A stretch of 62,467 nucleotides of DNA, counting the filler, from Platydemus manokwari (lineage: Eukaryota), in NCBI GenBank assembly GCA_037951405.1. It is 6 parts of 6 records of this genome, joined end to end, with 100 filler letters (N's around TTAATTAATTAA, not from the genome) between each part and the next. Parts side by side here need not be neighbours in the genome. Positions count along the whole stretch, not along the records: positions 41,818 to 51,135 come from JBBMOY011265985.1; positions 51,236 to 62,467 come from JBBMOY010826647.1; 4 more parts are not named here. One strand, written 5' to 3'. Made by a program: the position numbers and the translations under genes. The notes under the pieces were generated by a model. The model made no database searches, was not told the DNA's origin, and was given only the letters and a program-made list of their open reading frames with translations. This document shows positions 49,701-62,467 of the stretch, in pieces; the stretch's first letter is position 1, and each line of letters begins with the position of its first letter.

Positions 49701-51135
49701 CTCTTCAAAAATATTTAGCCCCACGCATTATATTGTGTTAATTTTATTGTGTGATAATGAATTATTTCTTCGATAATTAACCTTCAAAACTCTCTCATAT
49801 TTATGTTCTAGTGATTATCGTTAATGATTTATCCCGTTAACTATGACTTAAAGTTGAGGTCTTATTTTGATCGAGCAAGACTAAGTTTAATCAAGTGACA
49901 CACTAAAACTATTTGACACGGATCTGCCTGTATTTGTGTCAAATTTTTATTGAACCAGTTTGTTATTTTACAACATTCCTAATAAAATACAACTAATGAT
50001 AAAAACCCGAATATATGGCTTAGATAAGCCAATGCAATTTTCAATTTTAACAATGTTATTTATTTTGGAATTAACTTTGTAATCCATTATTGTAATAGAA
50101 ATTCGATCAAACTAAAAAAATTTATTTGTTATCAAAAAGTCAGTTACAGAAAATCCGAAATCAGAATAATCCACGAACTTACACCTGTACATATAAATAC
50201 TCACCTTAAAGTTCTGAAAAATTTGGTAGCAACGGGATGAACGATGGACCTGAGTCTGCATATCTAATACTACTTTTACCTGAATTCATTGATGAATTTA
50301 TAATAAAATCCATAACTGATGTAAAATATATTTCGTCCTTTCTAATTTTAGATTCTTGAGAAGTTTTATTATCAAAATCAGGCTGCTTTCAAATAATATA
50401 AATAAAAAATCGATCTAACCTAATAACCTGAATTTTTAATTTATTAATATGCTTATATTTACAATTTTTGTTAAGACAACTAGAATTCCTAAAAAATTTG
50501 CACTCCGGTATCTTTCTAAAAATATATCCCAAATGATTTCTGAAAATCCATCAAATTAAACCTTTGAAACAGAGATAACTTTTTATATCGATTTTCAATG
50601 TTTTTGTTAAAACAAGATTTGGGTTTCGATAAGTCATTCGCAAACGATTTAGCTTGACTTCTGCGTCAATAAATAAATATCAGTTAAATAAAACTCAGAA
50701 ATTAAATTGTAACCTGTAATAGTTATACGGTAAGACTAAACTTGTAGTGAAATTTCTATAACCATATTTATAAATATAGTGACTCTTCTGTACATATTTT
50801 CTTTTAACGGTTTTAATATATTTTGATTTAGTAAAGTTTCGTAAAATACGTAACTTATATTTAGAATAAAAGTGTTCGTACATTTTAAATAAAAGTATTT
50901 AAATTAACATAAATAATAACAATCTTAACAATTTAATAAAACAAAACAGTTGCATCCTGTAAATAGGAAGTTGACAAATTTCTTCCATATTAAATATATT
51001 GGTATTTTAATAATCTTGGATATTGTAGCCCGTATATTCATATTTAACGCTAATTTTAAAATAGAAATATATAAATTTGTCACAAAACATTACATTATTT
51101 AGAAAGTACAGTAAGAATATTCTTGTTTCCATTAA

Positions 51136-51235
51136 NNNNNNNNNNNNNNNNNNNNNNNNNNNNNNNNNNNNNNNNNNNNTTAATTAATTAANNNNNNNNN
51201 NNNNNNNNNNNNNNNNNNNNNNNNNNNNNNNNNNN
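51136..51235. other. Artificial contig spacer
   Basis: N44-TTAATTAATTAA-N44. Confidence 0.98.
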
Positions 51236-51650
51236 AAGTTCATTTGGTCATAAAAAGTGATTAATGTAATCAAATCTGAAAATGATCTCAAATTAAATAT
51301 CGGATTTAGATTTTAAACAACAACGATTTTTATCTTTCTTAAATATTTTTTTAATCAAAGAAATTCACTTATAATTTCATAATCAGAATTAATTAATACC
51401 GATATTGAAATCAAATCAAAAATGATTTCAAAAATCTATCATTTAGATTTGAAAAAATATCTGGAAAAAGTTGTTTCCAATAATTTATTTTCAACTGAAA
51501 TGAATTATCTGATTTGTAATTGTGGAATTTTTGTTTTCCATTAATAACAGAATCCATTCATTAGCGTGTATCTAATTAACATTATTCAAATGATCTATCA
51601 GCATTGATTATGTTCATAATTATAATTTATAAGATCATTTTTTCTCAATA

Positions 51651-53538
51651 ATGGCCCGCGTACAAACTATCGATACTCCAGAACGCAATGTCTTCAAAAG
51701 ACATTCAACAACTACACTATTTGATGCTTTTTTACCTGTAGTTGTTCAAATAGGTCGATATGGTACACTTGGTCTATTTGCAATTGGGATAATATCTAAT
51801 ATCGTCGCAATTATTGTTTGGTGGTATCCGAGACTAAGAATCCGAGAATCTACGGTTTTGAGTTTCATTTTCTTGTCGGCGATCGATATTATATACTTGT
51901 TGTTAACATTGATAGATGATTTTGATAAAGTATGGTCGGTCAACTTATTCCACAATGAAGGGGTGTGTAAGTCCTTCCAAGTATTACGCAGCAGTTTTTC
52001 TTTTTTATCTCTTTTAATGGTATTGGCGATATCTGTCCAGCATATTATATCAATAAAAAATCCAGATAATTATGAATATTATAAATCCAAAAAGTGGACA
52101 TATCTCATCGTTATTTTATTGACAGCAGTGTCAGTTCTATTTTCCATAGCAGAAGGAATTTTTGGAACAATATCCGATGATAATGTCAAGTTCCATGAAT
52201 GTATTCTTCCGCGAGATATTCTAAAAACGAACAAAAGCTATAAAGTTTATTTTTGGTTGGTGAAATTCTTTTTGAACTCTACATTGATTATATCGATATC
52301 TGGAACGTGTATTTATATTTTACATCTTTCAAATGTCGATTTAGATCAAAGAAGTTTTTTCCATAATGTTGATTGCACGTTAACAATGAAAGGCTTTTGT
52401 CGATGTAGTAATAGCAAAGATCAAGATGGCAATAAAAATAGAATTTCTCTCACTAAAACGATCTCAATCATTGGGTTCTATTCTGTGTTTATAACCTTAC
52501 CAGTGTTAATTCTTGTAAGTCTCGAACCTTTGAATACATATGGCGATTTAATGATGACGGATATTGAAGTGAGTCTCTAATTAATATTTATGAATATTTT
52601 AGAACATTATTGGTTATAATAGTTTTGAAATAATGTTCTGTCTTACGTGATAATTATTAAAAAGAATAATTAAAAACTAATGGTACTTATTATTTCTTAC
52701 ATCTCATTTTTATAAAAAATTTTCAACAATATTTCTAATATTTTATTATTATTACAAAAATTGATTTATTAGCAGGAAAAAAATTTTTAAACTAAATTCC
52801 TAGGTTTTAGATGATCCGGTTTGGGAACGTTACTTCAATATTATCGGGGCGAAAATATTCTTCAACGAATTATTCTTGTCCAGATTCAGCATAAATTTCT
52901 TCATCTATTTCTTCTGCAGCAAATCGTTTCGGGAATGTTTCCAGGAAATATTTGGTCTCACAAAGTTTTGTCAAAGCTTTAATCTGCAGACTTCGAAAAA
53001 GAAATCGAAATCCTCAAAGCGATCAAAAACGAAACCAATCTCATATTACATAGATAGAACTCAAAATACATATCCTTTTTCATTGGATAGATCTGCCTCT
53101 GAAAGCAGTAAAATTCAGACCCGAAAGTCTGAAAAAAGGAATTCGATAGAAAATTACAAACCAGATGCGCATAGACGAATCCCAAAAGTGAGGACAATTG
53201 AAAGATCGACAATCCCATCGAAAATCATTTCTCGACCTGAACCAATTTATTATTCTCTACCTCGACCAAAAATACAAAAGAAACATCATCGATGTAACAA
53301 ATACCACTCGAATACCAGTCAAACAAGAAAGACTACTCCAATGCCAAAACCTAAGGAATATCATAATGTCTGCAGCGAATTTGAATATACAGGTCATTCG
53401 TTTTCAAGTTCACCTGATAATTCTCCAATTATTTACGTAAAGAAATGCGATTGTCATGAGAGTAATGAATCTGATTCGAGTTCTGAGGAAATAGTTATTA
53501 AATCAAAACGGATTAATCGGAGATTCCACCAAGTTTAA
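51651..53538 (+). CDS. Rhodopsin-class (peptide-receptor-like) 7TM GPCR; exons 51651-52568 and 52804-53538; about 550 aa
   Basis: TM1 GIISN, TM2 LSAID, TM3 Cys, TM6 FITLP, TM7 FSINFFIY plus helix 8 SKSFREC; GT-AG intron 52569-52803 keeps the frame. Confidence 0.92.
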
Positions 53539-54399
53539 CATTGCTTAAAGACCTTCATGTTGTTCTTGTTGCTATTCTAAATTTATATAATTATTTTTCA
53601 AATTATATGTATATGTGTGTGTGTTTATTAGCAAAAAAATCTTAATGTTTTTAACTTGATTATAATATATAGTTTGTGGATTATTCTTGTTAAATAGCGG
53701 CTAACTAAATATATTACGTCTTAATAAATTATTTTATTATTCTACTTCATCTTCCTTTCTATAATCTGTGTGCAAATTGATATTTGTCAATATAATATAA
53801 TTTTATCTAATATTATCTACTGTTTCCACATATAATCTAAATTGATAGTTTATATTATATTATACGGTTTATTTCAGTAACTACATAAACATAAAATAAT
53901 GAATACACTAAAATATGTCTAAAGATTAAATAAAAAATAAAATATTCATTTGATGATTTTTGTCATTCAAGATAATGATCCAATAATAATTGTTTCTTGG
54001 TAAGATTAAAGATAAAAATTAGTCTTGTTTCTATTAGAATATCTCATCTTATCTTTAATCTCTAGCGTTCAGACATAAAAATATCGTAATATGGGGAAAT
54101 TTAATCACTTTATTTACTTTTGAAATCATTTTCGTAAAGAATCGGAACGCCATGCGATTATATCGAACGCTAATTATATTCGAGTTGTTGGACAGAAAAT
54201 CAAATGTTTTATTTTCAATAAATCAATATTTTTATCTAAATCATCATTGAAATACTTTTAATATAATATTATATATGATGATGTAGCAGAGAATTCGATA
54301 AATATTGAATAATAAGTTAATTTTACTATCTCGTAAATGATAAAAATATTTTTTGCAGCTTAATATCAATAGAGATTCAGTTTCCGCTTATTTATAGAG

Positions 54400-54678
54400 C
54401 GTGATTTATAAGTCTTCGTCTCTAAAACTCAAATAGAACAACACTATGAACAATCTAAATGTATTGAGTTATCTCAATGCACAACAAAACACAATAACAG
54501 CAAGAACAAATAACGGTAAATAATAAGCAATTTCATAGCAACGGTTCAAAATGTTCACAATCGCACTCCAAACCTTTCCTTCATGATTTCATAAGAGGGA
54601 TAAATATGTGAGTATAAATTATATTGTATTTTGTTGTTTTATTTTAGTTTTAGAGACGGGAGACTTATGAATTGCACG
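54400..54678. mobile_element. MITE-like inverted repeat (arms about 45 bp)
   Basis: gtgatttataagtcttcgtctctaaaactcaaatagaacaac versus reverse complement of the right arm gtgcaattcataagtctcccgtctctaaaactaaaataaaacaac. Confidence 0.7.
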
Positions 54679-55261
54679 GTATATTGATTTCAGCTTATTA
54701 TGGCCTTGTAGACATCCTATATATTAATAAATTCATTATATTCACGCATTTTAGTCTCCAAATTTTTTGGGTATCAAATACATACAAATAAATATAATAA
54801 AGTTGTTGAAATAAGTTTCCAAATTCTAATTCTACTTATTCTGTCCTATAAAATATTCAGCCCAACACAAAATTTAAATGATTGTTCCATGTATATATAT
54901 TAAAATTCATTTGAATGCGAATCGATATTAATAGTAATGAATTATTACACATTCACATTCAGTGAATGATTAGGTCTCGATGTTCTATAAACCGTTCAAT
55001 ACACAAACCAGAGAAAAATTATTTTCATCATCCTAATTATTAACCAGTAAAAATTCATCAAATGATTAAGAATTATTTCCGATCACTTGACATCATTTCA
55101 AAATACATAATAATAATAATAATAAATATGCCGCAAAATAATAGACACAAAATAATCGATCATTTTTTAACCAATCAAATCAATTTGCAATCAAACAAAG
55201 AAAAATGCAAACCAACAATTTGAAAGAATAGATCAAAGAATATATTTACAAAACCAACAAT

Positions 55262-56995
55262 CTAATTAAAAACTCTTTTAACTGGGGGCGCTGCTTTTGG
55301 AATAATGGTTTCTGATTTTGCGGGAAATTTGGGAAATTGATGCGGAGCAATCGGTAAGGGAGTTTCACTGAAATAATAATGTTTCTTGGCTTCTTCAGCA
55401 CTGAATCTCCTTTCTGGACAGAATGTGAGTAACCTAAATTATAAACACGTTTCAAAATGTTCGATTATAATTTTTCTGGATCAATAAAATGGTTTCAAGC
55501 CAATACACGGAATACTAAAGAAAGAAATACGGAAAATCATATTGCCAATCCTATATGTCAATCCTTAGAAACTAACGTGAGCTATATTTTAATTATCGTT
55601 GCTCTCGCATTGACTTAAGAAGATATTAAAATAAACAAATCTTACTTATTAAAAACATATTTTCCAAGACCCGACAATCGATTTGAAAGCCTCTTTTCAT
55701 TCCTTGGCTTCTCTTTCGACTTGAAATTGACTTTTTTCATCATTGGCAATTCTGAAACACCGGGCCATGTCTCTTCGGTCGGTACGCCTAATTCACGGAA
55801 TAGAATTTGAATCTGTTCCATTTCGGATTTGCCGGCAAACAAGGCTCGATTGAGAAGCAATTCACCGAATATACAACCAACTGACCAAATATCAATGTGA
55901 GTTGAATACATTTTCTGGCCGAGTAACAATTCTGGTGCGCGATACCAAAGCGTAACAACTAGACTCGTGTAGCTTTTAAGAGGACTGCCATATTCGCGTG
56001 CCAAACCAAAATCGGCAACTTTTAACACACCATTATGACTGAGCAGCAAATTGGATGTTTTCAAATCACGATGAATGATCCAATTGTCATGGAGATGAGC
56101 AATTGCCTCTAGTAATTGAAGCATGAGACATTTGATTTCTGATATTTCAAACGCTCTGTTGATAATTTTCATTAATGATTTGAGATCGTGTTCAACGAAA
56201 TCCATGACTAAATAAATCGAATCTAAATCATGCCCAACAACCACTTCTCTCACTGTTACGATATTTTCGTGCTGTGCTTTCATTAATGTGTTCACTTCTC
56301 GCAGCGATGTAATTGGGAAACCATATTTTTCATTCTCCATTTTCAATCTTTTCAATGCCACAATTTCCGAAGTTTTTCTGTCTTTTGCTCGGAAAACTTC
56401 TCCGTAGGTTCCTTCTTCAATTTTGTTGAGAAATTCATAATTACTTAAAAATCGACATCCTTGAATTGCAGGATAATAAAGTGGTTTCTCATTTGGTGAT
56501 TTTGATATCAAGTCAACAGTCGAATCAAAAGTCATGCTTTGAGGAGGTGCAAACTCAATGTCAACAATATTAGAATCGTGCTCTGGCTCACCATTATTAT
56601 CGTCTGATTGTGAATTAATTGAATCAAAACGTGATCGTAAAAGTTTATAATGGTCAATCTCTGAATTATTTAACTCTGAATCAATAGTCTGTTCATTGTC
56701 TGATAGGGATTTCGAGCATTTTGATGGTAGATCACTATTAAAACTGTTTGATTTTCTTTTTCTATTATTATAAGATTCAATAAGTTTCTTTCTTAATCTT
56801 TCTTCTTGTTCTTGTAATACAGTATCATTTGGAGAATTGCATTCACCGTCTTCTAAAGATGATTCTCTATCATGAATTCTAATCTACAATAAATTAAATA
56901 AAAATTTCAAATTTAATTTATTTCACTTTGCAAGAATCGATTATGTTAATGTGGTCTTCTTTGTTGCATTTATTATAATCTGTATTGCGATACAT
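55262..56995 (-). CDS. CDK11: Cyclin-dependent kinase 11 (PITSLRE); exons 56995-56927, 56883-55646, 55433-55262; about 492 aa
   Basis: [55 protein letters not shown]; last exon [23 protein letters not shown]; both introns GT-AG with the frame maintained. Confidence 0.95.
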
Positions 56996-57529
56996 AGACA
57001 ATTTTAATTATTACTATTTAAATTATATTATACAAACAAAAATATTTCAGGTTATTTATTTTCAAACTTAAAATACAGAAAGAGTTTTTATGGCTTTTGA
57101 AATAAAACACTTCAAGCTTTCATATATTTTAATCCAAATGAAAATTTTAATTTAACTTATTTTTAAGTAATGTTGAAGTTCAACACTAAAAATTAAAATA
57201 AACAAAAATATATTTTAATAAAAATTTATTCAAAAATAATATTGAAATTCTCCCCATAATATTTTGGTATCATTTTGGTAAGATATAAAATCTATCTTGG
57301 CCTTTTATATTTAATACTATTTTATGGGAAAATAAAATCATCAGTGATAAATAATAATTTTACGAAAGTACATTGCGATTATTACAATCACAGCCGTGGT
57401 ATCCATCGACTGTCGAAATAAATATCAATATAAGAATTGAATTTTATTTAGGATTCGAATTTGTAATCTGTTTTTAAAAATGTATGTTATGAGGAATTTA
57501 ATTAATCATTTAATTTGAAATTTAATATT

Positions 57530-59070
57530 TATGGGACTCCATTTGTTACAATCTTATTAACTAACTTTGTACAACCAATGTCCCAATGACCTACTATGAA
57601 TGTGTTACTATTTGCTTTTAATATTCCTCATAAACGAGATCCTTCTTTCACTGTAGGACATTCTTTTGTTTTCTTGAATCTATCTTCATCGGTTATACTC
57701 CTACCAAATCTCGTTGTTATCTCACAGATGGATGTGTTTAGTTCTTTTTCTTTGTGCTGAGGGATCTTTTTCCATTGTAAAATTACTCCAAATTCTTCTT
57801 GAAACTCTATTCTGCTTATAATCAATGGTTTCATTTGCTCAACTATTATGATATAAAATTGCACTGATTTCCTAACTTGACTTTTATTCTTATTCTACAA
57901 ACAACCTCTAATCTACTGTCGTTGGTATATCGTAAACTTTCACTTGTATATTCGATTTCTACTTGTTCGAGTGTCTCTAATATCGTTTTATTCAGGACAT
58001 TTATTCTTGCGCCATTGTCTAACAAGCATTCAAATTCTTTATTCTCTATTTTTATAGTTCTGCTTGTCTCCCTTGTATTTTATTATGAGAAATCATCTGG
58101 AAAAGCTTTAACTACTTGATCGTTAATTGTCAGTCATCTCTTTCCTTATAAATTTTACAAGTTTCCATTGTACACTCTTTCTTGATTCTATATCATTGTT
58201 GTTACCGGTTACAATTTGTTTTTCTACATTCCAATGTTCTATGTTCTGGACACTGCCTTGCTTGTTTATTTTAATTTTTATTTTGTTTAAATTACTTATA
58301 TTATAAATATCAATATGATTACTTATACTCTCGGTATCTTGCTCAAACTTAGATTTACAGCTTGCTCCGATCCACTCTCCGGGAGTCGGTGCGTTCTCTT
58401 TTGGTTGTGCTTTGATGTATTCTGAATCAGATTCTTATTTGATACCAGATACTTATCTATTATTTCGGTTCATCATTCTGTAATGTTGTCCCTTGAAATT
58501 CTGATTGTTTTCATTTATTGAACCTGTTTTATTGCACTCTACTTGTGATCAATCTTTTGGTGGCTGATTAATGTCCGTTGCTGGTAGTTGGATTTTTGTT
58601 GTCCCCTTTTATCTGGATCCGTATAATATTTACTCTCATGATGTCCTCGCTATTGACTATCGTGGTAGTTTATTTATATTTTTAAAATACACGTCCGCCA
58701 GTGCGGCACTTCCTTCTAAACCTCAGGGCATCCATCCAATCCTGAGGGAAGGATTTTCTTTAGCCAAACGCCTTTCTCAGTCTGACCACATACTCCATCT
58801 TGGCATCTCTGTCCTCAAATTGTTACACTAAGCATTTTAAACTTGACTTGGGGGTATTTTAGCCTCAAAATATCGATTGCACTTTAATAAAATGTTCGAC
58901 ATTATAACCCATTTTGAATCTTTTTGGCATCAGCCAACTAAGATTCACGTCTACAAACATGGTTGCTATTTTAGTTGTGTTGTCTGGACTTTTCTCTTTC
59001 AATTTTCTAATCAATTCATTTTTATCATCTTTTAGTTTTGATTAGAACAAATCTCTTTAATATTCATGGT
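57530..59070 (-). mobile_element. Decayed Gypsy-type gag-protease remnant
   Basis: Aspartic protease motif IENKEFECLLDNGARINVL (about 57990-58050), Cys/His knuckle remnants (about 58205-58260), many stops. Confidence 0.65.
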
Positions 59071-59221
59071 CGACGTTCACTTAATCGTTATATAATAATT
59101 TTATTTACATTATTTTATAATATTTAGAACCAATAATAATTTAATAAAATATTTTTAATTAATTTTTTCATTTTATCTACATCAAAACCATGGATATTAT
59201 TAAATCTTACCAAAAATATAA

Positions 59222-60205
59222 ATGGAAAATAAATTACAAGTCAGTGGTAGTCATAAAGAAGAATTTACTTTCAAAGGTATTTCAAATATATTGAAAATGC
59301 CTTCTATTGGAGTTCAGTATTTGACCAGAAATAAAACTAAATCCATTGAAAATGTATCTTCAGAAGAAATGAAAAAGTTAAAAGAAATAGCAAGTACATC
59401 CAAATCACCTATTATGGACGTTTCTTGCTCGGTCAATAATAAAATTATATTAGTAGAAAATGTATATTCAGATACAGATACGTTATCGTCGGAAGAATCG
59501 AAAAAAACAAAAAATATTGGAAAAGCGAAAAGAACAATTAAAAGAAAAAAGCAAAATTTTAATTCTATTGAAAGTAAGTTAAAAGCTGTTGAGATGTATA
59601 TTGAAGGAAAAAGTTCAAAAGAAATAGCCAGTATTTTCAAAACGCACCAATCGGTGGTAGCACGATGGATCGAAAATAAAAATAAGTTATTAAAAAAAGT
59701 AAATAAACATCCGGATCAGATGTCATTGGAAGAAATGAGAAGATTGGAAAATATAGCAAATTGGACCGGAAAAGCTAAGAGATCAAAACCTAATTCTATC
59801 GATAATAGATTAATGGCCATTGATATGTATCATAAAGGAAAAAAGATAGAAGAAATAGCACATACGTTCAAAACAACCGTTTTGACAGCTAAACGTTGGA
59901 TCAAAAAAGATAGTGTCTTATTAAATGCAAGCTTATCAGGAAAGTCGAATATACCGAAAAAAATGGCAAATGAAAACGAAAGAGTTTTTAATAAAAATGA
60001 ATGGATTGGAAATTTGAAGGAGGAAACTCCTGACAATATATCTACTGAAAATATAAATGTTAGAACAATAAATCTTAAAAGGGATATCAGTGATTACGAA
60101 GATATCGATCAATTCAGAAAAAGAAGACGTCTGGATGGAAGTGAAAATGAAAGAAACAGAAAAAGTAATGGTTTGACTTTAATTTCTCATATTTATATAA
60201 AATAA
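59222..60205 (+). CDS. Protein with two tandem transposase/psq-type helix-turn-helix domains; alternative start ATG 59190 via a 41-nt intron 59277-59317
   Basis: Intact 327-aa ORF; NSIESKLKAVEMYIEGKSSKEIASIFKTHQSVVARWI and NSIDNRLMAIDMYHKGKKIEEIAHTFKTTVLTAKRWI; basic NLS-like RKRRR; no DDE domain. Confidence 0.75.
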   Translation: MENKLQVSGSHKEEFTFKGISNILKMPSIGVQYLTRNKTKSIENVSSEEMKKLKEIASTSKSPIMDVSCSVNNKIILVENVYSDTDTLSSEESKKTKNIGKAKRTIKRKKQNFNSIESKLKAVEMYIEGKSSKEIASIFKTHQSVVARWIENKNKLLKKVNKHPDQMSLEEMRRLENIANWTGKAKRSKPNSIDNRLMAIDMYHKGKKIEEIAHTFKTTVLTAKRWIKKDSVLLNASLSGKSNIPKKMANENERVFNKNEWIGNLKEETPDNISTENINVRTINLKRDISDYEDIDQFRKRRRLDGSENERNRKSNGLTLISHIYIK

Positions 60206-62159
60206 TAATAAAAGTTTCTCAACGATTGTCTGTTTTATTTTAAATTACAAAATACTGAGTATAATAATTAAAAATATATAATAAATGCTGTATCAAGACG
60301 GCAAGATTTGAAGTTTAGTTGAAGATGTAATTAAACCAAATAACTTTTGTCATCAATAATAAAAAAATTAGGGTTTTTATTTTGTAAAAATTTAAATTTT
60401 TCCTTTCATATTTAAAAAGATATCACTGAGAATTTAAATAGAAATTGGATAGGAATTCAAACAGCTCAACCCAAAAAGTATTTCAACCAATATTCAAACT
60501 GATATTATAAAAATATTAAAATTATTTATCATCACACAAAATCAAAATCTTGCGATATTTTTACATGTCATGTTTTTGAATTCTCTATTCAACCTTGATA
60601 TTATTATATCGACTTCTCTTTGTCTATCGATTTCTCGACCATTTCTATATTTTCAATGTATTTTCTTTCGACTCTAATCTCTAACTTCTTTATTCTCTGA
60701 TTGAAAAAATATCTATTCTGATTACAATTTATTCGGTTATGCTCATCTTATATTTTGACTAAACCTTTCCGATCTATATATATTATATAATTCATTATAG
60801 GATCGTAATGAGGATCGTTCATGAGGTTATGGGATGAAAATTTGAAAGAGATCATATCAACTGAAAAATATCAATGTTAGAAAGTGATAACAAAAATATC
60901 GATCAATTCATGACTTTTGTTTCTCATACTTATTTCCAACAATTTAAAAGTTTCCTATCAATATGTAACTTTAAAATTCCACAAAATACGGAGCATAATT
61001 ATTGAATTTGTTTTCACAACAAAATTTCTACTCAATATCTTATTTTTTATGAATTTTAAATATTTTAAATAATATAAGAGTCAAGGACATTCCGTGATAA
61101 CGTAAATGATAAGAGAGTAATTTGTATCGTAGCGATACTGATTTTACTGATAGTGATCGTCAAAGTAAATCATTTCAAGTAAAGATCACTCGAATTTACG
61201 TTGCTGATAGAACTCAATATAAGCTGAGCTTCAGACGGCTCTAACTAGAATTGAAATATACTAAACTGATTCCTATATATTGGGTAACTTTTCAAGCACC
61301 AACCAAGTTATGCGTTTTGCATTAATTTGAGTTATCTGACTTGTACAAATGTTAATAGAGCGGTACTTGTTTTCGAAAGACAAAATTGTACAAACAAGCT
61401 CACTTGAAAGAGAGAATATATTATCTCAAGTAAATGTCACTGTTAATTAAATTTTCCTCCTAATGCTTCTCTGATTGACTCGAGAGTGATAATGTAACTA
61501 GTAGCCAATGTTGTCGTTGGCTAATTAAATTTTTGATATTATTCTTATTTATTTGAAATACAAAAATCATTGTTGTAATCATATTTCATTGTACTCAGTT
61601 ATATATTTAGCATTATATATTTAGCACCACATGAGAATAAATTAAATTGAATTGATAAAGAATGGAGAATTTTCATAAACTGCAGTGATGATAAGTAAAA
61701 ATAAAAGAAGGTCAAGTTTACGAAGAAAAAAAACCAGGAATCTAAGAATAAAAACCAAGACAATTACAGAACAATGTATATTTTATTGAGGTAACGGTAA
61801 ATAATTATCAGATATTATTATTTTTAATATTTATATTATAAAGGTTACCAGTAAATTTAATATAAAGTAAGAAATCGAAAAATTGATAAACATACAGTAA
61901 ATTTTAGTTCTTCTATTATTAAGGCATTGATTTTTGGAATGTCATTACAATTGAAAAGTGATTTAGCCAACAATGAATGTGAAAGTTATGTAAATGTATT
62001 CTTTCTATCAATTTGCTATCGCAAAGTATTTCTTGGAGTAATTTCAAAACCAATTCTTAGGTGTTTATCTAAAGATGCACAAAATGAAATAGTTTAAAAA
62101 AAAATGAAAAAAAATAAAATAAAACCAGTTAAGAAAAGAACTAATCCACAAGAATAATT

Positions 62160-62420
62160 CGATAATAAACTTGTTGAGTGCATTCCAGAACTCTATGTGG
62201 TTGGTTTAATCCTATTCTTTAAAACATTTTGAATTTTTTATTTAAATGCGTAAGAATTGTTTCAAATGAAATATTGAATTAACTAGAAATTAGAAATCTT
62301 CTAAAATTTGATTATATGAATGAATCAATGTAGTTCAAATTTCAATTTACTGAAAGTTAGCGAGGCACTATTTTAAATATTAGAAATAAATTGAGATATA
62401 CTTTAAATTTTTTAAAAAAC
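62160..62420 (+). repeat. Dispersed AT-rich repeat family (copy 3)
   Basis: Similar to 140-390 and to the reverse complement of 20730-20945. Confidence 0.55.
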
Positions 62421-62467
62421 AAATAATAGATTATAAGCATGTCATAAGTTGCTTAAGATAATTTATA

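Noticed and set aside
55246-55455. ORF MKRVYNLG as a separate gene
   Set aside because: An out-of-frame overlap of the true last CDK11 exon.

Overview
Very AT-rich eukaryotic (metazoan) DNA. Short 41-57 nt GT-AG introns, the GPCR type and the repeat content suggest a flatworm such as a triclad planarian; this is an inference. The window is not one locus. It is six roughly 9-11 kb contigs joined by five identical artificial 100-bp spacers (N44-TTAATTAATTAA-N44), so adjacency across a spacer has no biological meaning. Host genes rebuilt from exons: a reduced EVI1/PRDM16/EGL-43-type zinc-finger gene, eIF5A, the 3' part of DESI2, the 3' part of a coronin, a rhodopsin-class GPCR, CDK11, a tandem-HTH gene, a decayed multi-Ly6/three-finger gene and a single-pass membrane-protein exon. 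The rest is mostly decayed mobile DNA: Gypsy LTR fragments, pogo/Tigger, an RLE-clade non-LTR element, MITEs, and a Maverick/Polinton remnant with a packaging ATPase, an integrase and a tryptophan-repeat gene. The most striking object is a decayed retroelement at 21269-27600 (minus strand). It carries gag with a zinc knuckle, then about five ubiquitin-like domains, then a signal peptide and a chuvirus/gB-like (class III) envelope glycoprotein, with no recognisable pol in between. A related gag copy with a candidate LTR and primer-binding site lies at 13743-15300. All family assignments come from by-eye motif recognition; no database searches were run.
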